Assembly (NCBI GenBank): GCA_913042175.1
Contig: CAJWIX010000001.1
Location: 15,231 to 79,230, forward strand
From: an uncultured Flavobacteriales bacterium
Lineage (GTDB): Bacteria > Bacteroidota > Bacteroidia > Flavobacteriales_D > Parvicellaceae
Length of the DNA: 64,000 nt
Direction of reading: 5' to 3'
The notes under the pieces were generated by a model, which searched no databases, was not told the DNA's origin, and saw only the letters and a program-made list of their open reading frames with translations. This document shows positions 38,341 to 48,692 of the stretch, in pieces. The translations under genes and the position numbers were made by a program. Position 1 is the stretch's first letter; each line of letters starts with the position of its first letter.

Positions 38341-39060
38341 GTGATGAATAATTCTGTAAAATCTATTGTCAAAAAAGTGTTTCCGTTGACCATCAATCAA
38401 CGTTACGATAAACAGACGAAAAGAATTATGAAAATAGTTTTGGAGGATGAATCTACTTTTATAGATGTGGGTTCTCACAAAGGGGAAGTTTTGGACGAAG
38501 CCTTGAAAATTTCCAAAAAGGGCAAACATTTTGCTTTCGAACCTATTCCAGATTTATTTGAAAAACTTCATGACAAATATGGATCACACTGTGAAATACT
38601 TAATTGTGGACTTAGTGATCAAAAGAAGCAATCCTCTTTTCAATATGTTACTTCAAATCCAGCCTATAGTGGAATTAGAAGGAGAACCTATCCTAAAAAT
38701 GAGGAAATACAAACCATCCAAATTCAATTAGACACATTGGATAACCAACTTAAGTCTCATGACAGGGTGGATTTAATTAAAATTGATGTAGAAGGAGCAG
38801 AGCTAGAAGTTTTAAGAGGGTCAAAAAGAATCATTGAAAAATTTCATCCGATAATAGTTTTTGAACATGGCTTAGGGGCTTCAGATCACTACAACACTAA
38901 ACCTGAGGACATTATCCAGTTTTTTGATAGTGTTCAATATCAATTATTTACACTTAAAGGTTTTATTGAAGATGAGTCTCCTTTATCAAATAATGAATTC
39001 ATTGAATATTACTTAACCAACAAGGAATACTATTTTTTAGCCAAACTTAGAGTTTTATAA
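38341..39060 (+). CDS. FkbM-family SAM-dependent methyltransferase
   Basis: IDVGSHKGE and IKIDVEGAELEVLRG motifs. The likely true start is ATG 38344. Confidence 0.75.
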   Translation: MMNNSVKSIVKKVFPLTINQRYDKQTKRIMKIVLEDESTFIDVGSHKGEVLDEALKISKKGKHFAFEPIPDLFEKLHDKYGSHCEILNCGLSDQKKQSSFQYVTSNPAYSGIRRRTYPKNEEIQTIQIQLDTLDNQLKSHDRVDLIKIDVEGAELEVLRGSKRIIEKFHPIIVFEHGLGASDHYNTKPEDIIQFFDSVQYQLFTLKGFIEDESPLSNNEFIEYYLTNKEYYFLAKLRVL

Positions 39061-40480
39061 AACTGATTGTATTTCTATCTTTTGTTGTTAAGCTTGGGGA
39101 AATAAAATATTGACCACTTACTAATTCTTCAACATTTATGCATTTTGACTTTAAGTTTGAAGTTTTTACTAGGTTTCCATTTTGATTAAATATGTATAGC
39201 TGGCTTATATTAGCATCAGTCATTACTGTTATCTGACTATGAGTTGGATTGGGATAAACTGAAAAATTTACCTTATTTATTTCCTCAACATTTAACAATT
39301 GATCATTTACGTAATTGGTGCTCCAATTTATATCGTCTGTTTTCGCTAAAAAAACATCATAAAAACCAAGGTTAGTTTCTTCTGTAGTTCCGGTTATTAC
39401 AACACCACTTATGTTATTTAATGTATCAGCTCCATGAGCATATTCATTTCCATTGCCTTTAATTCTTGATACTTGTTGAGTTTGGTTAAGTAAGTCGGCA
39501 TAAAAAATTAAGTTGTCTTGTACTCCATCAGCATAATTCGCAATTAGGTAGTATTGATTGCTATTTGGTTTTTTGATTACATCAATACAAGATGAATGCT
39601 CATAAGTGGAGTGATAAGGATAACTTACATTAAAATCAAATACTCCAGATTTTAAAATACTTCCAGCTAAAAATTCATTGTTTATGAAAATATTATTTTG
39701 ATCTACTACTTTTTTTCCGCCTGCAAAAATTATTTTTTGATTGATAAGTGTAATGCTTTGACCAAAGCTGTTGGAATTTTGATTGTAGTAATTCCATATG
39801 GAATCACCAATGGTATCCAGTTTTGTAATCCATAATCTGGGTTCACTGTATATACTTTCATTAGCACCTGTACAATAGATATTTCCATTATCACCTTCTT
39901 GTATGGAATTAAAAAAATCTTTATTGATTCCACCATGTGACTTTGTCCATATAACATTGCCATTGCTATCAATCTTTAGTACAATGCCATCACTATTTCC
40001 TGCACTATTGTTATATGATTCTCCAGCAATTAAAAAATGGTTGGGATCATGTTTAGAACATACAATGGCATTGGAGAAATCCCAGTCTTCATCTCCATAT
40101 CTATTGGCCCATATCAGGTTGCCATTTTTGTCTACTTTAACTACAAAAATTTGATAGTCTAAATTTATGCTATTAGAGTACCCGCATGCTATAAAAGATG
40201 AATCACTGGTTTCAACAATGTCATTCCCAAAGTCAATATTAGGCCCACCAAATGTCCGATGCCATTCTACTTGTCCGTTGACATCAGTTTTAATGATGTA
40301 TAAATCAGTTAAGCCATTGCCAAAACTTTCAGTGGCTCCTACGATACAAAAACCACCATCTTTAGTAGATATCACATTTTGACCTATGTCATTTCCTGCT
40401 CCTCCAATAGATTTAAAAAAAGATGTTTGGCCATGAAACAAAATTGGTATGGATAAAAATAGAATGATGATTTTTTTCAT
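39047..40480 (-). CDS. T9SS type A sorting-domain secreted beta-propeller-like repeat protein
   Basis: Signal peptide. The same ..DGG...G....-I.K.D..G...W repeat architecture as 16855-19173. C-terminus: FSVYPNPTHSQITV...LVSGQYFIS...ISFIKL. Confidence 0.8.
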   Translation of the reverse strand: MKKIIILFLSIPILFHGQTSFFKSIGGAGNDIGQNVISTKDGGFCIVGATESFGNGLTDLYIIKTDVNGQVEWHRTFGGPNIDFGNDIVETSDSSFIACGYSNSINLDYQIFVVKVDKNGNLIWANRYGDEDWDFSNAIVCSKHDPNHFLIAGESYNNSAGNSDGIVLKIDSNGNVIWTKSHGGINKDFFNSIQEGDNGNIYCTGANESIYSEPRLWITKLDTIGDSIWNYYNQNSNSFGQSITLINQKIIFAGGKKVVDQNNIFINNEFLAGSILKSGVFDFNVSYPYHSTYEHSSCIDVIKKPNSNQYYLIANYADGVQDNLIFYADLLNQTQQVSRIKGNGNEYAHGADTLNNISGVVITGTTEETNLGFYDVFLAKTDDINWSTNYVNDQLLNVEEINKVNFSVYPNPTHSQITVMTDANISQLYIFNQNGNLVKTSNLKSKCINVEELVSGQYFISPSLTTKDRNTISFIKL

Positions 40481-41652
40481 AAGGCTAGATTCATTTGTAT
40501 ACCAAGACCAAAAGATTTACCCCAAGATGGAATAAGCCCCATTAGATTCATAAGGTGCAAATTGACATTAAAATTTTTAAGACTATACTGCATGTAGCTG
40601 CCAATTTGTAGAGTTGTGTAACCACCATAAGTAAGATTGCTACCAATCTTAAATTTTTCTGATAAAATTTTGGTCGCAGTTAGATTTAATCTTGGAAAAA
40701 ATTGACTGTTGTGCCTGTAAAAAATATCAGCAGAATAAGATGTGTTATTATGACTATAATTTATATGTCCATATGTTGAAAATGGAGTCATAGAAAAATA
40801 GTTTTTTGGAGTTTGCTCATTGATCAAATTGCTAGAAAATTCATCCGCTGTCGTATTAAAATTTATAATTTCCTGATATGATAGTCCTTCATAGATAAAA
40901 GTACTATCCATGCTATAAAAGTTAGTTTTGTTATTATAAATGAGTAATCCTAAATTTTGAACTCCAACTCCCCAATTCCATTTATCATTTACTTTTTCTT
41001 TTATTTCCCAATCTAATCCCAAAAGTTGCCCATTTTTCTCAAAAAGACTATTGGTATTTCCTAATGATGTTACATTAGAAGAGAGGCTTACTTCCCATAG
41101 GTAATCTTCATCAAACCGTATATAATTATCATCTTTAAAATCAAGCGTATTTTCAGTTAGCATATTACCAAGAACTAATCCAAAACGCATAGAATTAATT
41201 TTTATACCGCCATGTAAAAGTTGATAATTTCTAAAGTGAAATTTATTTTTTGATAGTGTAACCTGATCTAGATTTGAGTTGCCATCCAATATTAAATTGT
41301 ATAGTTCTTGATGATATTTCCCACCAAATGTTGCAAGCTGTTGAAACTCTAAATAGTAACTATCTATTTTCTTTTCATTTAACTTAATTGATAAACCAAA
41401 TAAATATTGGGCTTCTCCACCCGTTCTTCTATAACGATTAACAGGTTTTAAATTGCCTTTGTTTTTTTCATTTATCTCACCTCCAAAAAGTAATCTAGAA
41501 AAGAAAATAACAGGGGCATGGGTTGAGCCAATGTTGAGGTAGTTTTTTGAGTAAAAATCACATTTAGATTTTCGTGTAGAATCATTTTCATTTGAAAAAA
41601 CATTTAAAGCATAAAATAAGCATAGGGCTAAAATGAATCTATAACTTTTCAT
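40477..41652 (-). CDS. hypothetical outer-membrane protein (beta-barrel suspected)
   Basis: Signal peptide MKSYRFILALCLFYALNVFS. Alternating hydrophobic/polar strands toward the C-terminus. ATGA-type overlaps with both neighbours. Confidence 0.6.
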   Translation of the reverse strand: MKSYRFILALCLFYALNVFSNENDSTRKSKCDFYSKNYLNIGSTHAPVIFFSRLLFGGEINEKNKGNLKPVNRYRRTGGEAQYLFGLSIKLNEKKIDSYYLEFQQLATFGGKYHQELYNLILDGNSNLDQVTLSKNKFHFRNYQLLHGGIKINSMRFGLVLGNMLTENTLDFKDDNYIRFDEDYLWEVSLSSNVTSLGNTNSLFEKNGQLLGLDWEIKEKVNDKWNWGVGVQNLGLLIYNNKTNFYSMDSTFIYEGLSYQEIINFNTTADEFSSNLINEQTPKNYFSMTPFSTYGHINYSHNNTSYSADIFYRHNSQFFPRLNLTATKILSEKFKIGSNLTYGGYTTLQIGSYMQYSLKNFNVNLHLMNLMGLIPSWGKSFGLGIQMNLAL

Positions 41653-43196
41653 TCTACAGAGAAATTTGCGTTCAACATCATTCCCATTTTGTAATTTATA
41701 TACTGATCTATCATTATTGGAAATGGGTTTAAGGTATCTGGTGAGTTGACAGATACACTCATAATTATTTTTTGTTCATTTAATAATATGGATGAATTGA
41801 TGGAATCTAATTGCGCAGAAATTACATTCATAGAAGGAGAAACTACATTGTTATTTGCATCTAAAACACCATGTTCTATACAATTTTGACTAAGGGTAAT
41901 TTGATTTCCGTTTAATACATGCAAATCAAAACAAATGCTTTTTGGAAGCATATTTTCTATTTCTAAATCTACAGTGGCTTCGTTGATCTTTACTACTTCA
42001 GATAACTCAACTAAAATGGTGTCGATGTAGGTTAATGAATTAAAATTAAAAACTAAAGGAGCTGAAATGGATAAATCTAAAGATAATGGTCGATTCGAAA
42101 AGTAAAAGTCATTGAACCCAGTATGGTTGCCCATAGGATTTGTTATTATGCTGTAAGATGTATTTATTTCATTTGGTAAGATGGTTAATAGTTCGCTTAA
42201 ATTAGAATTTTGTTGGTTTATTAGAATGTTGGAAATACTATAATTAAAATCCCATCCTAAATCTTCTGCTCTATTGATATTAATGGGTTGATTAATTATA
42301 TTATGGGTTAAATAAGAAGTGTTATTTGCTTTATTTAATTCCATTTCGTTTAAATAAAATTGAGCATCCATGCCAATCCCGTTTTTAATGATAAGATTTA
42401 ATTCAGGATCTAGAAGCGTAATTTTATTGGCATCGAGTTTTTCCATGATAGGAATACTTGTAGTTATTTGATCTTCTATTTCCATATTGCCAAAATAACC
42501 TTTCATGTAGTTTATATTCATTTCACTCAGTTCCATATCCATGTTAATATTTGAGGAAATATTTCCTGGGATAGTATCACCTCCTGATTTTACTTGAAAA
42601 GAAGTGGTAATGCTGTTAAAAGTTGTTCCGTTTTTTGATAAGTCAAAGACATGATTTTCTATAATTAAATCATCTTGAAAAACATTATTCAAGTTTGATG
42701 AATTTAGAATTTCTATAGTATCATAAAATTGATTTCCATTAGCATCATAGGCATAAGGGAGGTGCATAATGAGATAAAAGTCACCATCTATATTGCTGGA
42801 TATGGAGTAAGTGAATTTTAATTTATTAAAAGAAACCTCTCTTAATTGCAAATCTTGAAAATTAAAGTTGTGATTTGAGGATAATGTTATTGGTAAAGTT
42901 TGATTGGGAGGAATAGCAACTAGTAAAGGAAAGTTTAATGCTTCACTAAAACTAAAATCTAAAGTTGGTAAAAAATCTTCTTGATTTAATTCAAATAGAG
43001 AGAAAGTGTCTACATAACTATAGTAATTTTCATTAGGGTTAAAATAGAGCTTATCCATGTTTAAAAAATCTTTTAAAAAAAGACTGTCTTTAGAAATAGG
43101 TATGGAAAGATTTGAGTTCCAAGAAATAGGATTGTTTCTTTTAGCGCATCTTGAAAAAATGAATAGAGTAAATAATATGAAAATGACAAATCTCAA
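41649..43196 (-). CDS. hypothetical lipoprotein, Asn/Ser-rich (possibly DUF4270-like; uncertain)
   Basis: The TTG start gives MRFVIFILFTLFIFSRC (lipobox). 515 aa. Lies 20 nt downstream of rarA. Confidence 0.6.
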   Translation of the reverse strand: MRFVIFILFTLFIFSRCAKRNNPISWNSNLSIPISKDSLFLKDFLNMDKLYFNPNENYYSYVDTFSLFELNQEDFLPTLDFSFSEALNFPLLVAIPPNQTLPITLSSNHNFNFQDLQLREVSFNKLKFTYSISSNIDGDFYLIMHLPYAYDANGNQFYDTIEILNSSNLNNVFQDDLIIENHVFDLSKNGTTFNSITTSFQVKSGGDTIPGNISSNINMDMELSEMNINYMKGYFGNMEIEDQITTSIPIMEKLDANKITLLDPELNLIIKNGIGMDAQFYLNEMELNKANNTSYLTHNIINQPININRAEDLGWDFNYSISNILINQQNSNLSELLTILPNEINTSYSIITNPMGNHTGFNDFYFSNRPLSLDLSISAPLVFNFNSLTYIDTILVELSEVVKINEATVDLEIENMLPKSICFDLHVLNGNQITLSQNCIEHGVLDANNNVVSPSMNVISAQLDSINSSILLNEQKIIMSVSVNSPDTLNPFPIMIDQYINYKMGMMLNANFSVE

Positions 43197-43216
43197 CTAT
43201 TTAAATATACAGTTTA

Positions 43217-44494
43217 TTAGTTATATTTTTCTTTCCAGATCTGCTTTATTAAATCTTTGTATGCAACTTCTTTGGGGTTTGATTGCGGCATATAAAACTT
43301 TTCTCCAGTGAGTTCTTCTGGTAAAAATTCTTGCAAATGCAAGTTTTCTTTATGGTCATGACTATACATGTAATTTTTACCATAACCTATGTCTTTCATT
43401 AATTTAGTGGGGGCATTTCTTAGATGTAAGGGTACACTTAAATCTCCATATTCACTCACCTTTTCTTGGGCTTTGTTAATGGCTTGATAAGCTGAATTAC
43501 TTTTTGGTGATAGAGCCAGGTATATAGTGCATTGTGCTAATATAATTCTCCCTTCTGGCCAACCAATTTTCTGAAGTGCATCAAAACATGAGTTAGCCAT
43601 GACTAGTGCGGTAGGATTGGCTAAGCCAATATCTTCAGCAGCTGAAATTATTAATCTCCTGGCTATAAATTTTGGATCTTCATTACCCTCAACCATTCTG
43701 GCTAACCAATATATGGCTCCATTGGGGTCACTCCCTCTTATAGATTTAATAAATGCAGAAATAATATCATAATGCATTTCACCGTTTTTATCATAGTTAG
43801 CTAAGTTTTGCTGAACAATATGCTGGACAAATTCATTATCAATAATTTTATTTTTCTCATCTAGTTGTTGGACAACGAGTTCTAAAGCGTTTAATAATTT
43901 TCTTGCATCTCCACCTGAAATTCTAAGTAACGCATCCGTTTCTTTGATGGTGGGATTTTTTGATTTTATGTTTTCATCTTCAAGTGCTCTATCAATAAAT
44001 TTTAACAAATCTATTTTATCATGGTTTTTTAAAATAAAAATTTGACACCTAGATCTTAGTGCAGAGATGACTTCAAATGATGGGTTCTCGGTTGTTGCTC
44101 CAATTAATGTAATTAACCCCTTTTCTACCGCTGCTAATAATGCATCTTGTTGAGTTTTGCTAAATCGATGAATTTCATCAATAAAAACTATGGCGTTTCG
44201 CTGTCCAAACAGACCTTGTTTTTTTATTTGATCAATTATGGATCTCAGCTCTTTAACCCCTGAATTGATGGCTGATAAAGTAAAAAAAGTTCTTTCTAAT
44301 TCGTTAGTTATAATTTCAGCTAAAGTAGTCTTGCCAACACCTGGTGGCCCCCAAAAAATCATGGAAGGAATATGATTATTTTTTAATGCTTTTCTTATAG
44401 GGCCATTTTCACCAACTAAGTGTTCTTGCCCTATAAAATCATTTAGATTTAGAGGTCTTATTCGTTCAGCTAATGGTGTATAACTTTCGTTCAA
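43217..44494 (-). CDS. rarA: replication-associated recombination protein A (AAA+ ATPase)
   Basis: Walker A GPPGVGKTT, Walker B VFIDEIHRF and the MgsA C-terminal region (YDIISAFIKSIRGSDPNGAIYWLARM). Confidence 0.92.
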   Translation of the reverse strand: MNESYTPLAERIRPLNLNDFIGQEHLVGENGPIRKALKNNHIPSMIFWGPPGVGKTTLAEIITNELERTFFTLSAINSGVKELRSIIDQIKKQGLFGQRNAIVFIDEIHRFSKTQQDALLAAVEKGLITLIGATTENPSFEVISALRSRCQIFILKNHDKIDLLKFIDRALEDENIKSKNPTIKETDALLRISGGDARKLLNALELVVQQLDEKNKIIDNEFVQHIVQQNLANYDKNGEMHYDIISAFIKSIRGSDPNGAIYWLARMVEGNEDPKFIARRLIISAAEDIGLANPTALVMANSCFDALQKIGWPEGRIILAQCTIYLALSPKSNSAYQAINKAQEKVSEYGDLSVPLHLRNAPTKLMKDIGYGKNYMYSHDHKENLHLQEFLPEELTGEKFYMPQSNPKEVAYKDLIKQIWKEKYN

Positions 44495-44603
44495 GTTTTT
44501 TCTTTTAAATATAAATCAATTTTGAATGACAAGATGTTTATAAATAAAACTCAATTAAATAATTGTTTTATTAAATGCAGTTATTTTCAAATAAATTTAA
44601 TTT

Positions 44604-45962
44604 ATGCATTTTCATTTTATAGCAATTGGTGGTAGCGCTATGCATAATTTAGCTATTGCTTTACATCTTAAAGGTGAAAAAGTCACTGGTTCTGATGATG
44701 AAATTTTTGAACCATCAAGAGGTAGATTAGCCAAATATGGTTTATTACCTTCTAAAATTGGATGGGATGCTCGCCAAATTCACCAAAAAATAGATGCTGT
44801 TATTCTAGGAATGCATGCTCGTGAAGATAATGAAGAACTCAAAAAGGCTCAATCATTAAACATCCCAATTTTTTCATACCCTGAATTTATTTATGAGCAA
44901 ACTAAAGATCAATTAAGAGTAGTGATTGGAGGTAGCCATGGTAAGACATCAATTACTAGTATGATTTTACATGTTTTGTCTAAAAATAATATAGATCATA
45001 ATTATATGGTTGGCGCGCAATTAGATGGTTTTGAATGTATGGTTAAACTATCCAAAACTTCAAAAATTGCGGTTTTAGAAGGTGATGAGTATTTATCTTC
45101 TCCGATTGATAGAAGGCCTAAATTTCATCTTTATCACCCTAATATAGCTGTCATTAGTGGTATTGCTTGGGATCACATTAATGTTTTCCCCACTTTTGAA
45201 AACTACGTAGAACAGTTTAAAATTTTCATTGAAAAAGTTGAAAACAGTGGAGTAGTTGTGTATTACAATGGAGATAAAGAGTTGACTCAATTGATCAATA
45301 AGGTGGATAGCCCCATTTCAAAGGTCCCTTATGAAGCTTACCCACATTATATAGAAGATGGTATTACATATTTAAAAACCAATGAAGGCCATAAGCCTAT
45401 TAAAATTTTTGGAGAACATAATTTACAAAATTTAAATGCGGCTTATAATGTGTGTATTGAATTAGGAGTTACTTCCTCAGATTTTTTTGATGCCATTGCT
45501 ACTTTTAAGGGGGCTTCAAAGAGATTAGAATTAGTTAAAATGTATAAAACTACGGCAGTATATAAAGACTTTGCTCATTCTCCTTCAAAGTTAAAAGCAA
45601 CTACAGCAGCGTTAAAAAAGCAATATCCGAATAGGAAGTTGGTTGCATGTATGGAGTTGCATACATTCAGTAGCTTAAATAAATCTTTCTTATCACATTA
45701 TCAAAACACCATGAAAGAAGCAGATTGTGCTTTTGTTTATTATAACAAGCACACTTTAAAGCACAAAAAGCTTGATGATTTAAGCAAAGAAGAAGTGAAA
45801 GAAGCTTTTGGTAGTAATAATGTTAAAGTGGTGACTTCATCAAATGATTTAGTGCAACAGCTCACTGAAATGAATTGGGAAAATCAAAATTTGCTAATGA
45901 TGAGTAGCGGTAATTTTGATGGGTTAGATTTTACAGAACTAGCAGGACAAATTAGGAACTAA
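44604..45962 (+). CDS. mpl: Mur-ligase family protein, Mpl-like (UDP-MurNAc:tripeptide ligase)
   Basis: N-terminus MHFHFIAIGGSAMHNLAIAL..GEKVTGSD, P-loop GGSHGKTS, 452 aa. Confidence 0.7.
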   Translation: MHFHFIAIGGSAMHNLAIALHLKGEKVTGSDDEIFEPSRGRLAKYGLLPSKIGWDARQIHQKIDAVILGMHAREDNEELKKAQSLNIPIFSYPEFIYEQTKDQLRVVIGGSHGKTSITSMILHVLSKNNIDHNYMVGAQLDGFECMVKLSKTSKIAVLEGDEYLSSPIDRRPKFHLYHPNIAVISGIAWDHINVFPTFENYVEQFKIFIEKVENSGVVVYYNGDKELTQLINKVDSPISKVPYEAYPHYIEDGITYLKTNEGHKPIKIFGEHNLQNLNAAYNVCIELGVTSSDFFDAIATFKGASKRLELVKMYKTTAVYKDFAHSPSKLKATTAALKKQYPNRKLVACMELHTFSSLNKSFLSHYQNTMKEADCAFVYYNKHTLKHKKLDDLSKEEVKEAFGSNNVKVVTSSNDLVQQLTEMNWENQNLLMMSSGNFDGLDFTELAGQIRN

Positions 45963-46503
45963 ATTTCTTGTAGTAGATGAAATTTAAAAGGGAGATTATC
46001 AAAGAAAAAACCATTCCACTCAAAGTGAAAATCATTAAGTAAAGAGGAATTATTTTACCTGGTTTAAACATTTCCTCAATATTGTCCTGTTGCATTTCAA
46101 TTAAGTCTTGAGGAGATTTTCCCTGGTAATATTCTGGTTCGTTTTTGATTTTTTCTTTGGCTAATTCCAATAATTCATCATCTTTTGTTAGCGCTATTAA
46201 TGCTTCCTTTTTTTCGATAAGATAAGTAGGGTTTATCCATTTATAATAACTAAAATAGTATGCGCTAATCCCAAGAGAAAAAACTAAACTTATTATTATT
46301 CCATTTTTAAAATTGTTAATTCTAGAAATATGATTGCTTCTAATAATTGAAAATCCAATGAAAATAATCATGATAAGTACATGAATGGGTATGGAAATTT
46401 CAGAAAATTTAGCTTGAATATTTTCAGGAAATTGAAGGACTAATACATCAATAAGTACGGAAAGGGAAAGCGCAAAAAGTCCAGTTTTAATAAGCTTAAG
46501 CAT
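45952..46503 (-). CDS. small membrane protein (DUF4199-like; uncertain)
   Basis: 183 aa. Four hydrophobic helices with a charged central loop. Confidence 0.55.
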   Translation of the reverse strand: MLKLIKTGLFALSLSVLIDVLVLQFPENIQAKFSEISIPIHVLIMIIFIGFSIIRSNHISRINNFKNGIIISLVFSLGISAYYFSYYKWINPTYLIEKKEALIALTKDDELLELAKEKIKNEPEYYQGKSPQDLIEMQQDNIEEMFKPGKIIPLYLMIFTLSGMVFSLIISLLNFIYYKKFSS

Positions 46504-46509
46504 ATGCTA

Positions 46510-48027
46510 TTAGCCATTCATTGAAACTAAGAATTCCTCATTTGACTTGGTTACTCTAAGTCTATCTTTCATGAACTCCATAGCTTCAATTGGATTCATG
46601 TCAGCTAGATGCTTTCTTAAAATCCAAACTCTTTGTAAGGTTTCTTTATCCATCAATAAATCTTCTCTTCTAGTACCAGAGGTTAATATATCAATGGCTG
46701 GGAATATTCTTCTATTAGATATTTTTCTATCTAATTGTAATTCCATATTTCCTGTTCCTTTGAATTCTTCAAAGATTACTTCATCCATTTTAGATCCTGT
46801 TTCAGTAAGTGCAGTAGCTAGAATAGTAAGTGAACCTCCATTTTCAATTTTTCGTGCTGCTCCAAAAAATCTTTTTGGTTTATGCAAAGCATTTGCATCA
46901 ACACCACCTGTTAATACCTTACCAGAAGCAGGCATTACAGTGTTGTATGCTCTTGCAAGTCTTGTTATGGAATCTAAAAGTATACAAACGTCATGTCCGC
47001 ATTCTACTAATCTCTTTGCTTTTTGTAGAACAATGTTTGCTACTTTCACATGCCTATCAGCTGGTTCGTCAAAAGTAGAGGCTATAACTTCGGCTTTTAC
47101 ACTTCTTTGCATGTCAGTAACTTCTTCAGGTCTTTCATCAATCAATAGTACCATTAGGTAAGTTTCAGGATGATTTTCTGCAATTGCATTAGCCACATCT
47201 TTTAACAACATGGTTTTACCAGTTTTTGGCTGTGCTACAATCATACCTCTCTGTCCTTTACCTATTGGAGAGAATAAGTCCATTACTCTTGTTGATGTGC
47301 TTTCTTTTGTATGACCAGTAAGGTTGAATTTTTCAGATGGGAATAAAGGAGTGAGATGTTCAAAAGGAACACGATCTCTAATGAATTCTGGATCTCTTCC
47401 ATTTATTTTTTCTACTTGAACAAGGGGGAAATAACGTTCTCCATGTTTTGGTGGTCTCACAATACCCTTAATTGTATCACCAGTTTTTAGTCCAAAATAT
47501 TTAACTTGAGATTGAGATACATATACATCATCTGGAGAGGATAAGTAATGGTAATCTGCAGACCTTAAAAATCCATAGCCATCTTGCATTAGCTCTAAAA
47601 CACCTTCACTAATTATAATTCCTTCAAAATCATAAGAGTATTCTTCTTTTTTGTGATGGTGATCATTGGATTCTTTTGAGGAGTTATTGTCTCTTCTGTG
47701 GTCGTTTCTTCTTCTTTGATGGCCTTCTTTTTCTGAGTCTTGTGATCTTCTTTGCCTGTGGTTATTTTGTTGAGGTCTTTCGTTTCTCTTATCGTTTTCT
47801 GATCTTTTTTCATTGGAGGGTTTTCTTACCTCACTATTTCGATTTGTTTTCTCTTTTTCATCCTCTGACTTTGCCACTTCTTTTTTTGGATGCATTGCTT
47901 GCTCATCAAGAATTTTGTATACTAGTTCTTGTTTTTTTAGTTTGTCAATTTTTTGGATGTTAAGCTTTTCCGCAATTTCCCTTAACTCTGCAACTTTTTT
48001 GTTGTTTAATTTTTCAATATCGTACAT
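46510..48027 (-). CDS. rho: transcription termination factor Rho with an N-terminal basic insertion of about 85 aa
   Basis: [14 protein letters not shown] helix bundle, CSD-like [14 protein letters not shown], Walker [11 protein letters not shown], 505 aa. Confidence 0.93.
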   Translation of the reverse strand: MYDIEKLNNKKVAELREIAEKLNIQKIDKLKKQELVYKILDEQAMHPKKEVAKSEDEKEKTNRNSEVRKPSNEKRSENDKRNERPQQNNHRQRRSQDSEKEGHQRRRNDHRRDNNSSKESNDHHHKKEEYSYDFEGIIISEGVLELMQDGYGFLRSADYHYLSSPDDVYVSQSQVKYFGLKTGDTIKGIVRPPKHGERYFPLVQVEKINGRDPEFIRDRVPFEHLTPLFPSEKFNLTGHTKESTSTRVMDLFSPIGKGQRGMIVAQPKTGKTMLLKDVANAIAENHPETYLMVLLIDERPEEVTDMQRSVKAEVIASTFDEPADRHVKVANIVLQKAKRLVECGHDVCILLDSITRLARAYNTVMPASGKVLTGGVDANALHKPKRFFGAARKIENGGSLTILATALTETGSKMDEVIFEEFKGTGNMELQLDRKISNRRIFPAIDILTSGTRREDLLMDKETLQRVWILRKHLADMNPIEAMEFMKDRLRVTKSNEEFLVSMNG

Positions 48028-48111
48028 TAATGGTAATTAATTAGTGAATTTAAAATGCTGAAATCTAATACTTGTGTGTATGAAATAATAAAGAATTGTC
48101 GAAAGACGATT

Positions 48112-48119
48112 CAAATATA
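48112..48119 (-). promoter_or_regulatory. -7 box TATATTTG upstream of rho
   Basis: The minus strand reads TATATTTG 84 nt upstream of the rho ATG. Confidence 0.4.
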
Positions 48120-48212
48120 CTAAAGTAATTTAGTTTTTAAAATTTTTTTTTCATGATCAACAAATACTTGCCTTGATGAAATTTCTATTTTTGGTTAAAC
48201 TTTTATTTCCTA

Positions 48213-48692
48213 ATGTTACAACGTATTCAAACCATCTACATTTTAATTTTAACTGTTTTGTTATTTATAGCTCCTTTCTTTTCTTTTACACAATTCAATT
48301 TAGAGGAAGGCAATATTCTTTTTTTAGCGACTGGAATGAAGGGTGATATTACAATTCTAGATAGTTTCGTGTTTCCAAAATATGTAATTACAGGTTACTT
48401 AGTCTCAGTTTCATTTTCTATATTAATGTTAGTAAATTATAAAAAAAGATCAAGGCAAATGAGATATGGTAAGCTATTGTATCTTATCATAAGTATTACA
48501 CTTTGTTACATGTTGATTGAATCCTATAATCTTAAGAATTTAATTGATTCTTTAGAAAATGTTGTTTTTGTTGGGCAGACCTACCATATTGGATTTTTCT
48601 TATTGGTGTCATCATTCCCTTTTTTGTTTTTAGCCAATAGATCAATTAAAAAAGATGAAGATCTTGTCAAGTCTTTAGATAGGTTGAGGTAA
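48213..48692 (+). CDS. DUF4293-like membrane protein
   Basis: The N-terminus MLQRIQTIYILILTVLL is typical of this family. 159 aa. Divergent from rho. Confidence 0.65.
   Translation: MLQRIQTIYILILTVLLFIAPFFSFTQFNLEEGNILFLATGMKGDITILDSFVFPKYVITGYLVSVSFSILMLVNYKKRSRQMRYGKLLYLIISITLCYMLIESYNLKNLIDSLENVVFVGQTYHIGFFLLVSSFPFLFLANRSIKKDEDLVKSLDRLR

Noticed and set aside
43057-43311. 84-aa plus-strand ORF bridging the rarA stop and the lipoprotein start
   Set aside because: It is antisense to two supported genes and has no independent signal.
46547-47161. 204-aa plus-strand ORF (with 46830-47078) antisense to rho
   Set aside because: It lies entirely inside the highly conserved Rho ATPase domain on the opposite strand. 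The sequence is low-complexity and Ser/Leu-rich with no motifs. This is a typical shadow ORF.
47613-48040. Several 66-95 aa ORFs on both strands within the 5' part of rho (47613-47813, 47676-47963, 47813-48040)
   Set aside because: They arise from the low-complexity purine/pyrimidine-biased sequence encoding the Rho insertion. All of them overlap the supported rho frame.
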